Notes under the pieces: model-generated | What the model was told of the DNA's origin: nothing | The model's input: the letters and a program-made list of their open reading frames with translations, nothing else | Databases searched by the model: none | Shown: one piece after another, positions 53,275 to 64,000 of the stretch | Layout of the letters: each line of letters begins with the position of its first letter | Numbering within the stretch: position 1 is the first letter of the stretch | Translations under genes and position numbers: made by a program | Assembly: GCF_964204645.1 (NCBI RefSeq) | Contig: NC_134026.1 | Span: forward strand, 3,433,950 to 3,497,949 | DNA from: Tubulanus polymorphus | Taxonomy: Eukaryota; Animalia; Nemertea | Direction: 5' to 3' | DNA length: 64,000 nucleotides

Positions 53275-54585
53275 AAAACAAGTGCATATGAGACACAGGA
53301 GATTACTGAAATTCAATACAGCTACCAGTCAGCCATCTTCATTGTGAAAATGAAAAGAAGATGAATCCAATTCAGCCACCAGTCAGCCATCTTTATAATG
53401 AAAATAGAATAATGAAATCTGATACGGTCACCAGTTAAGCTTTACAACCAATATGGCCATAGGTCAGCCATTTTAGTGTGATTTCAACCACTGTCGTACC
53501 TTACACCTTTTCCTTGAAAATGATAAATCAACAGTATGTGTAAACATGGCTGCCAGTCAGCTATCTTGATTCAGACTTCATAGCCAAAATGAATATCAAT
53601 CATTACCATAGCACTCTACCCCTAACTTATTCAAACTAAACCCCTAAAGTTTTGAAGATTAAATATGGCTGCCAGTGAGCCTTCTTGAGCATGCATGTAA
53701 CTAATGCTTCACTTAGCACCCTACATCTTTTCCATGGAAATAATGATTTTGAGTACTAGACTAAATAATAGTTTTAACTATCAAATCTGGCTGCCAGTTA
53801 GCCATCTTAAGTGCCGCTATTGATATGGACAGATGGGCAGGCCACAGCCATGACAATACATTGTGCAACTAAAGACTAAAGAGAAATAAGTGAAACATGA
53901 AAGATTATGGGGGAAATATGAAAATGAAACAAGGTTAGAAATAGTTTCATTCAATAAATATAGCTGTTTATATGAAATGTATTTGAGAACCTTAAAAGTG
54001 GTGACACTAGTGGTCCAGGGACACCATGCCCTTTGGATGAATTGCTTGACAATCTGACAATCTGACAATGCGCTCGGTGAACACATACAGAAACCAATGA
54101 CCTTTAAACTCATCACAATCATAGAACGAATACTAATATAAATGGAACAATTTCATACAAAACAATATTAGGCTAACCCCAATTCCACGTATGGAGATGT
54201 GTCCAATGAGACTGCTACGAATTAGCAAATTATCAAGACTAGATGTTAAAACCTGTTAAAAAATGGGCACTATGGGCATGCATATATAAGAAACATCAAT
54301 CAAATTGGGTGAAGCATCTCTAAAATGTCCCTTGTAAAATTCAAAAATGTGTACAAAGTACTGAAGTACTGATTTTGGCGAACAATAATCACCGCCAGTT
54401 GGCCATATTGATTCTGTTTGGGCCTTCTTTTGGTGTCTAGGGTAGATACATGTATAAACCAAATATCATGACGATCCATTGAAGCATCTTACCAAAAAAC
54501 TGGATTCTGTCTGCGGACAGAAGACGATGGACAAAAAGTGAATGCAATAGTCTATATGTGCTTAAAGGTTCAAGAAGATCAAAAG
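53275..54585. mobile_element. Degenerate non-autonomous Helitron/Helentron-like repeat
   Basis: Repeated cagtcagccatctt motifs and a terminal ggacagaagacgatggacaaaaagtgaatgcaatagtc segment resembling lophotrochozoan Helitron-N ends. A partial homolog lies at 13525-13965. Confidence 0.35.
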
Positions 54586-54899
54586 GAATATAAAAAAAAA
54601 CTTAAAAGAAGAACCCCATAGAAGTTAGGATAGAAATAATAAATCTAAAAAACTAGAAAAATCATTTCCCTATTTTCCTAAATAATTAAAAATCGATTTA
54701 AAATCTATTCTGACATCGAACACGAAACAAAGGTAAAAATAGATCTAACAATTAATTATTTTTATTTAATCAGAATGTCTTCCAAAATGAAATCCGAATC
54801 TGCAAAAAAAATTCTAAGTATCAATAGAGATGGCCCTGACACTTCCATTACTTCGAATGTTACTGACATCATCAAATCCATATCACACTAAAATATTTC

Positions 54900-57800
54900 A
54901 ATGACCCAGGAGTAATTCTATTAATGACAAAATTTACCCTCAGTTCATCAATCATTAAAAAAACCTAACCGTATTCTATCATGATTAAAAAAACATATAA
55001 AACTTTATCATTATTTTACTGATGAACTGAGAGTAACTCTATCAATGACAAATTTACCCTCAGTTCATAAAACAATAACAATAACCTAACAGTATTCTAT
55101 CATGATTGAAACTGATCCATTTTACTTTAAATATATCTTAGTGTTAATCCTACTAACTATATAATTAATGTATTTTACTGATGATCCTGAGAGTAATTCT
55201 ATCAATGACAAAATTACTCTCAGTTCATAAAACAATGAAAATAACCTCACAACAGTATTCTATCAAGATCCAAACTGATCAATTTTACTTTAAATATATT
55301 TTAGTGTTAATCCTACTAACTTTATAATTAATGTATTTTACTGATGATCCTGAGAGTAATTCTATCAATGACAAAATTACTCTCAGTTCATAAAACAATA
55401 AAAATAACCTCACAACAGTATTCTATCATGATCCAAACTGATCAATTTTACTTTAAATATATTTTAGTGTTAATCCTACTAACTATATAATTAATGTATT
55501 TTACTGATGATCCTGAGAGTAATTCTATCAATGACAAAATTACTCTCAGTTCATAAAACAATAAAAATAACCTCACAACAGTATTCTATCATGATCCAAA
55601 CTGATCAATTTTACTTTAAATATATTTTAGTGTTAATCCTACTAACTATATAATTAATGTATTTTATTGATGATCCTGAGAGTAATTCTATCAATGACAA
55701 ATTTACCCTCAGTTCATAAAACAATAAAAATAACCTAACAGTATTCTATCATGATTAAAACTTATCAATTTTAATTTGAATATATTTTAGTGTAAATCCT
55801 ACTAACTTTATAATTTATGAATTCTACTGATGACCTGAGAGTAATTCTATCAATGACAAATTTACCCTCAGTTCATATAATAATAAAAGTAACCTACCAA
55901 TAATCTATCATGATCAAAACTGATCAATTTTACTATAAATATATTTTACTAATAATCCTTCTAAATTTATGATTTATGAATTTTACTTATGACCCAAGAG
56001 TAATTCTATCAGTGACAAATTTACCCTCAGTTCAAAAAACAATAAAAATAACCTAACAGTATTCTATCATGATCCAAACTGATCAATTTTACTTTAAATA
56101 TATTTTAGCATTAATCCTACTAACTATATAATTAATGTATTTTACTGATGATCCTGAGAGTAATTCTATCAATGATAAATTTACCCTCAGTTCATAAAAC
56201 AATAAAAATAACCTAACAGTATTCTATCATGATTCAAACTGATCCATTTTACTTTAAATATATCTTAGTGTTAATCCTACTAACTATATAATTAATGTAT
56301 TTTACTGATGATCCTGAGAATAATTCTATCAATGATAAATTTACCCTCAGTTCATAAAACAATAAAAATAACCTAACAGTATTCTATCATGATTCAAACT
56401 GATCAATTTTACTTTAAATATATCTTAGTGTTAATCCTACTAACTATATAATTAATGTATTTTACTGATGATCCTGAGAATAATTCTATCAATGATAAAT
56501 TTACCCTCAGTTCATAAAACAATAAAAATAACCTAACAGTATTCTATCATGATTCAAACTGATCCATTTTACTTTTAATATATCTTAGTGTTAATCCTAC
56601 TAACTATATAATTAATGTATTTTACTGATGATCCTGAGAGTAATTCTATCAATGACAAAATTACTCTCAGTTCATAAAACAATAAAAATAATATTAACAG
56701 TATTCTATCATGATTAAAACTGATCAATTTTATTTTGAATATATTTTACTGATAATCCTTCTAAATCTATAATTTATGAATTTTACTTATAACCTGAGAG
56801 TAATTCTATCAATGACAAATTTACCATCAGTTCATAAAACAATAATAAAAACCTAACAGTATTCTATCATGATTAAAACTGATCAATTTTACTTTAAATA
56901 TATTCTGGTGTTAATCCTACTAACTTTATAATTTATGAATTATACTTATGACCAGAGAGTAATTCTATCAATGACAAATTTACCCTCAGTTCATAAAACA
57001 ATTAAAAACAGAATTCTATCATGATCGGAAAAAGCTGTAATTTCATCTTCATTTTCAAAAACAAATAATAAAATTCTATTCGAATCTGTTTCAATAAAGC
57101 TATTTTTTGAAAATTCAAAAAGAGAAATCTGATGAAGCGTACCTATATAATGTATATTACTGATGATCCTGAGAGTAATTCTATCAATGACAAATTTACC
57201 CTCAGTTCATAAAACAATAAAAATAATCTAACAGTATTCTATCATGATTAAAACTGATCAATTTTATTTTGAATATATTTTAGGGTAAATCCTACTAACT
57301 TTATAATTTATGAATTCTACTGATGATCCTGAGAGTAATTCTATCAATGACAAATTTACCCTCAGTTCATAAAACAATAATAAAAACCTAACAGTATTCT
57401 ATCATGATTAAAACTGATCAATTTTATTTTGAATATATTTTAGGGTAAATCCTACTAACTTTATAATTTATGAATTCTACTGATGATCCTGAGAGTAATT
57501 CTATCAATGACAAATTTACCCTCAGTTCATAAAACAATAATAAAAACCTAACAGTATTCTATCATGATTAAAACTGATCAATTTTACCTTAAATATATCT
57601 TAGTGTTAATCTTAGTCACTTTATAATTAATGTATTTTACTGATGACCTGAGAGTAATTTTATCAATAACAAATTTACCCTCAGTTCATCAGGCAATGAA
57701 AAAACCTAACAGTATTATATCATCAATACAAAAAATATATTGAACTTTATAATTCATGTAGTTTACTTATGAACTGAGAGTAATTCTATCAATGACAAAT

Positions 57801-58000
57801 TTACCCTCAGTTCAAAAAAGAAAGAAGTCTATTTCAAACTGTTTCAATGAAACTAATTTTTGAAAATTCAGAAAAAGAAATCTGATGAAGCGTTCCTATA
57901 AATGTATGATGATCCAGAGAGTAATTCTATCAATGACAAATCTACCCTCAGTTCATAAAACAATAAAAAATAACCTAACAATATTCTATCATGATTAAAA
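54900..58000. repeat. ~161-163-bp satellite sharing its hairpin core with the 62-bp satellite
   Basis: tgatgatcctgagagtaattct at ~55179, 55342, 55505, 55668 etc. Confidence 0.95.
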
Positions 58001-58119
58001 ATATCTGATGAGTTAACATTAATGTATTTTATTGATGAAAACTTGTTTATCCCGAACCCTAGAAACAAATGACTTCATACCTTTAATAACTAAACTTAAA
58101 AATAATCATATAACTTGAC

Positions 58120-58470
58120 CTAAACAAACTTAAATAACAAGACTTAAATACACTCAAATAACTAGACTAAAATAACTAGAAATAGACTTGAATAACAAGA
58201 CTTAAATACACTCAAATAACTAGACTAAAATAACTAGACTTAAATACACTTAAATAACAAGACCTAAATATACTTAAATAACTAGACTAAAATAACTAGA
58301 CCTAAATAGACATAAATAACTAGACGTAAATATACTTAAATAACTAGACATTGATAGACTTAAGTAACATGGCCTAAATAGACTTATATAACTAGATCTA
58401 AATATACTTAGATAACTAGAAATATACTTAAATAAATAGCCATGAATAGAATTAAATAACTAGATCTAAA
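58120..58470. repeat. Short-period AT-rich repeat (aaataactagact)
   Basis: Direct reading. It is the positional counterpart of 15420-15545. Confidence 0.8.
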
Positions 58471-59136
58471 CACAATAAACAAATAAACTGAAATAAAAAA
58501 GTGAAGACAATAAACTCACTGACAAACTGAAAATATCTTTAGAAAACTAGGAAAATCAAGAAAAGAAGATAAAATAAAGTATTAGAAAAAGTTCTCAATC
58601 ACATTTCATATGAACTATGAGTACAAGCTCTTTGTGCATACAATATAATATATGGGCCTCATACATAACCACTATTTATATCTGCGTTGTGGACCACGTA
58701 ATTGTGTCAAAGAGTATTCAGTGATAAAACCTGGACCTTCAGTTATCCTTTCCAAAATATCTTGGGTTCCAATATATGATATAGTCAAATACATAGAGAA
58801 ATATAGTCAAGATAAATAATTCATCAAATTGATCTGTAGGCGTGTTTAAAAAAACGAATATTATGTAGCTCTTAAAAATATAAAATGGTTCTAAATTATA
58901 TACAAATAAAGAAGTTTAAAATAAGTACAAATAAAACGATTTAAAATACAATACAGATTAGAGAAAATTAGTTCAAAAACTCAAAAGCTGGAGTAAATTA
59001 GAATCTTAAGCAATGAATGCCTTGAAACATAGAATTTGGCTGAATCTTTAGGAAATAAATGAAACACTGTAACGGCAATAATCATAACACTAACTGTTCA
59101 ATAACTGGAATATCGCTGAAATGTTTGTTGGCTATC

Positions 59137-59226
<90 letters not shown>
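59137..59226. repeat. (GAT)n microsatellite
   Basis: ~30 perfect units. Confidence 0.98.
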
Positions 59227-59227
<1 letters not shown>

Positions 59228-59244
59228 GTTTTTGTTTGGATATT

Positions 59245-59795
59245 TACCTCTACACAGGGGTTCAACCTACTCTCTCTCGCGTCCTCTATACAGGGGTTCA
59301 ACCCGTCCTCTCTGACTGTCCTCTATACAGGAATTAACTTCCCCTGTATCTGACAGCCCTCTACGGGGTTCCCTCTATGACTGTCCTCTATACAAGGGTT
59401 TAACCTACTCTTGACTGCCCTCTATACAGGAATTCAACCTGCACTCTCTGACTGTCCTCTTTATACAGGAATTAAATTCCCTTTTATCTGACTGTCTTCT
59501 TTACAGGGGTTTCCTCTCTGACTGTCCTCTATACAGGAATACAACCTGCACTCTCTGACTGTCCTCTCTATACAGGAATTAAATTCCCTTTTATCTGACC
59601 GTCCTCTTTACAGGGGTTGACTGTCCCCTATACAGGAATACAACCTGCACTCTCTGACTGTCCTCTATACAGGAATTAAATTCCCTTTTATCTGACTGTC
59701 CTCTTTAAAGAGGTTTCCTCTCTGACTGTCCTCTATACAAGGGTCCTCTATACAAGGGATCAATTCCCCAATTTCCCAAGTATATATCCTCTATA
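59245..59795. repeat. Degenerate minisatellite (ctctctgactgtcctctatacagg...)
   Basis: Motif repeats more than 10 times. Confidence 0.85.
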
Positions 59796-60714
59796 CACTT
59801 GGCAATTTTGAACATCCAAAATTTGAATAATATCTTATTTGGATTAGAATTATCATTTCAAATCATTTTTAATGATGTTTCAATACTTGCTGATCCTAGG
59901 TCAAATCCCAGCAATTTCATTTCAAAATATATCGATGATTATTTCTCAAATCTCAATTTTCAATCACATTATCTAAAAGTATCTCAATCTTATCTTTTAT
60001 TCATTAGCTTAATTATTTGGTGTAAAAATCTAAATCATTAACCTGAACACCTCTCTTTCATCAACCCGAAATACTCTTTTTCTCTCTCCTCTGCTCAATA
60101 AACAAGTCAAATTCTGAGCCTGATGATAATAAGGCTCATTATTAGCCAATACAACTTCACCGACTTGACAACAACAAATTCTCTTATCAGAGATCGTTCT
60201 TTTTTATTCTGCGTTTTAACTGAATTTTATAAGGTTCCATTTTATCGCAATTATCAATTATGAAATTCATGTATTGATCATCGATCAAGTGAATCATTCC
60301 ATTTCAAAACCTAAATAGGACCATGGGTGCAGCAGGATCAATTGAGTAAAGTTTACCGTTGAGCATTTAAATGGATTTATGGGATTTGCAATAAGGTATG
60401 AAGATGAAATCTTAGTGCACACAACACCACTGTGTAGTAAGCGTGTTCAACTATGATGATTTGCATAGTATTAGGTTATTCCAATGAGTTACACGCAATT
60501 TAGTTGAGATCAATTTAGTTGAGATAATTGCTTGTAGCCATGACTCACTGGCACATGGTAGAACAATCCATACAATGTTTATTCTATAACATTGAACTTG
60601 GATGCTGAAGGACTATCCCAATGACGTCATTATCGAGGAACAAGGTCAAGCATCGATAAGTAGAAATGGGTAAAATTCATTTGCTCATTTCTCTCAGTAC
60701 TTCCAATCCACTAA

Positions 60715-61056
60715 GAGCTGATGGACAAAACCTTCCATATTAATTCCAACACCTATTTCTCTCTTAATGACAAAATATCAGCTGTGTATATCCAATGGTT
60801 ATAATTCTACCACCCAGAGCTAAAAGAAAGTTACTCTCAGAACCGTTCTATAAAGATGAACATAGTTGATCCAATAAGTGTAATGAAATTGATTACCGTT
60901 GTTTTTGCTGTGATTTCCATTCTTGTGCAACATTTTATCCTATGTCATGTAACTATTCGTATGAATACATATTCCTATTCCTAAACGAGTGGATATTTGA
61001 AATCCATCCGTTCACATTTAAAGGATTTCCTTCCGCTGTTTGGCAATAAATATTAA
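60715..61056 (+). pseudogene. Decayed ORF with hydrophobic segment, homologous to 18015-18190
   Basis: ELMDKTFHINSNTYFSLNDKISAVYIQWL*FYHPELKESYSQNRSIKMNIVDPISVMKLITVVFAVISILVQHF...LKDFLPLFGNKY*. Confidence 0.45.
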
Positions 61057-61577
61057 CATTTCAAGTTTTCACGATAAATCAAATAAATCTTTAAATCTGT
61101 AATTAGAAAAACAAGTATTTTAATAACAATGAACAATGATTTTAAACTTAGACACCAACGTCAGGTATCAGGGATGGGATAACATTGAACACATTGATAA
61201 AATGTATTTCAAAGTAATTTAATAAGAAATCGCATTATGTGTAAAACATAGCTGTTCCTTCTCCGTGTTTTTAAGTATCAAAAAGAATCACATTATGTGA
61301 ATCAAAGCAATCCTTTTGATTTGAAAAATCAATTATTGGAAGAGACACTGAATGATTCTAAGTCAGAATTCTTTCAAACTGTTTTTCAAACTCCACAGAA
61401 AAATTATGGCAGAGATGGCACTTTCCAGCGTGTCAGCAGGACTTTTCAAAAGGCCATAATGATTACAGCAATTGAATCGGTGATTTATTACCACGAGTAC
61501 TGCCACTAAAAATGGCAAGGATGGATACAGATGGTAAAGATGGATACTGAGGCTGAATGCTGCTGCAAAATGGAACG

Positions 61578-62038
61578 CAAGAATGGAACTGCATGAGTCA
61601 GTTCGAATGCAGGAATGGAACTGCACGAGTCAGTTCGAATACAAGAATGGAACTGCATGAGTCAGTTCAAATGCAGGAATGGAACTGCATGAGTCAGTTC
61701 AAATGCAGGAATGGTACTGCATGAGTCAGTTTGAGGATGCAGGAATGGAACTGCAGGAGTCATTTTGAATGCAGGAATGGAGCTGCATGAGTCAGTTCGA
61801 ATACAAGAATGGAACTGCATGAGTCAGTTCAAATGCAGGAATGGTACTGCATGAGTCAGTTCTAATGCAGGAATGGAACAGCATGAGTCAGTTTGAGGAT
61901 GCAGGAGTGGAACTGCACGAGTCATTTTGAATGCAGGAATGGAGCTGCATGAGTCAGTTCGAATACAAGAAAGGAAATGCATGAGTCAGTTCAAATGCAG
62001 GAATGGTACTGCATGAGTCAATTTATATGCAGGAATGG
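61578..62038. repeat. 32-bp minisatellite with TGAGTCA, ~14 copies
   Basis: gaatggaactgcatgagtcagttc(g/a)aatgcag in tandem. Confidence 0.95.
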
Positions 62039-62297
62039 TGTGGGAGGGTTTGGTAGGAACACAGCGGGACGTACAGTAAAAAAAAATAGATTAAAATGAT
62101 TTTAAATAAGTATGGATGATATGATGGAACAAATTTCAATTTGCCCAATAAAATAAATAAAGGGATGAAATGAATTGATGGTTTCTTTTTTTATTTTTAG
62201 TTTTTATAATTTTTTCAGGAGAACCGTAAAACTCCCTATAAAACCGGTAGCATCTGGTTTTTATTTTTTATTTTTTTTTAAATAAAATTAAAATGCA

Positions 62298-62501
62298 GGA
62301 CTGCACGCCCACTGGTTCCTAATGCAAGGGGGTTGACAGATATTTTGTGGCACCGCGCGAACTGCAGACCGACGAAGAAATGAAATGAATGAGTTCTTAA
62401 AACTCGCTTGAGCGATAATAAAAATGAATGATGAAAGGAGTGCCGATCTGCAGACGTGCATGGGCTGATGTTGTTGCCCGGAGTGATGGCGAGTGAAGGG
62501 G
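62298..62501 (-). other. Conserved putative structured RNA element in 3' UTR (copy 2)
   Basis: Homolog of 20548-20710 with the same stems and a longer loop. Confidence 0.55.
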
Positions 62502-62510
62502 GATGGTTTT

Positions 62511-63259
62511 TTAATTTCTTCTAGCTCTTTTATTTCTTATAAATGTATAATTACCATCAAAGGCCCCTTCAACATCGCGGAGCAATTGCACAGGATCTTT
62601 CATGCGGATGTTTCGAGACCAACCAGGGCCGCGTGCAACCAGCTCTACAGCGGGGGCGGGTGGTACCCCCGCTGGAGCGCCCGATGTTCCAGCCTGGGCG
62701 GGCATATTATTATTATCATTATTATAAGTTCTTTTTCTTTTTTTTGTAGGTTGCACGCACACAGGTGGTTGTGGTGGTGGTGGGGGCCCTGGTTGTGGAG
62801 CTCCAGGAGCCGCTGAGGACTCCTCATCACTGGACTCCTCAAAATTTGGTTGTGGTGGAGGAGCCGCACGCTTTGGTGTTTTTTTTTTATTAGGCCGCCC
62901 CGAACCTTCCGTATAATTCACATCTTTCCTATTTTTACGGGGCGACCTGCGCGGTGCAGGAGTCTGGACCTGTGGCGCCTCTGTCGGGGCAACCACGGCA
63001 GGGGCGACCTCCTGCTTCACGATAACAGGTGGCACGACCTCCGTATCCGAAGATACGGTGACCGCAACCACCTGCACCGCAGAAGCAGGGACCACCACCC
63101 GCGGGGGAGCCAACGGTGTTGGTGGATTTGGCTCCCCGTGCTTATGAGACGATAAACGCTCCACGCACCTTTTCAATCTCCTTTGTAGAAGGGAAGCCGC
63201 CTCATAAGCGTGGCCAGACTCATCTTTTCTGTTGACAGCATCAATAACAATTGATTCAG
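62511..63259 (-). CDS. Terminal coding exon of the paralogous orphan gene (copy 2)
   Basis: 749-nt open exon after a ttttcttttcatttcag acceptor, phase 1. Shares QEVAPAVVxPTEAPQxQTP, RRSPR, NY, QPNFEE and AVELxARGPGWSRNIxxKDPxxxLRDVEGAF with copy 1. Confidence 0.85.
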
Positions 63260-63840
63260 CTGAAATGAAAAGAAAAACTATTAAGGATCACGAATATTAC
63301 ACATTAATACCACATAGACTTAATGACTGCAAATATGCAATTAATTGCCAGTTTATCTGATTCATTTCTAAATCAAGAGTTTAAAGGCAATTTCAGTTTT
63401 GTTATAGTATGTGTTGATACATCAATAATGATGATGGTATTAGCTTTAGGAATGCATAGGTAAAATTGTTCATACCAATAACTGGAATTATGGTACAGTT
63501 CAGGTTTCACAACTACATAAATTTGTTTTGGAATATCTCATATCACAATTTAACAGAAAACCAGAGAAAGCTCATACAGATGTTAATATTATGATCACCT
63601 GCCCCAGCCTTACATCGTTTTTTGTAGATTGTTGCTGAAAAGCTTTCAAATGTATCTTCTTCATTCCTCATAATTATCAAATTTGATATTATCATTAATT
63701 CATTTTCATAACATTTATAACGCCCATTGCTATCAATACAGTTCGGGTATAACTGCAGATGCCTCTGGGGTAGAAACAAGTATAAACCAAATATCAAGAA
63801 AATCCATTATGCATTTCCTCAATCTGTACTTAATGTTCCA

Positions 63841-64000
63841 AATTAGACCGGTCTAGTTTAGACCAAATTTTGGACCGGTCTAAATAAGTGTGTGTGGACA
63901 GAAACTGGTACCAGGCCCGGTCTAAATCGTGATTCTGAATCTCTGCGGTAGATGTCGCGACCTCTGCAGTAGAGTGCGAGTCCAGTTTATTAAGTTTTAA
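63841..64000 (+). mobile_element. Harbinger-derived element fragment, same family as 23030-23712 (runs off window)
   Basis: ttttggaccggtctaaata...gtgtggacagaaactggtaccagg...gagtccagtttattaagttttaa matches 23130-23263. Confidence 0.8.

Overview
AT-rich eukaryotic DNA, animal-like and probably a marine invertebrate (inferred from GT-AG introns, a Nin/Deu-type SINE, RTE-X LINE fragments and Harbinger/MITE elements). No prokaryotic genes or CRISPR arrays are seen. The window holds two diverged, collinear copies of a module of at least 21 kb (about 1-21620 and 40580-63300, offset about 40.6-42.8 kb). Each copy has a minus-strand orphan gene for a basic, Pro/Thr-rich, probably nuclear protein, a conserved structured element just after its stop codon, decayed plus-strand ORF islands, and a series of hairpin-containing satellite arrays. 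Each copy has amplified different sub-segments into these arrays. For copy 1 a full 3-exon model with a TATA/CRE/CCAAT promoter can be read (28621 to 20720). Between the copies lie two small secreted-protein genes, LINE/SINE/MITE debris and a decayed tandem-exon array. Most ORFs in the supplied track are artefacts of satellites and microsatellites. Coordinates were counted by eye and repeat boundaries are approximate.
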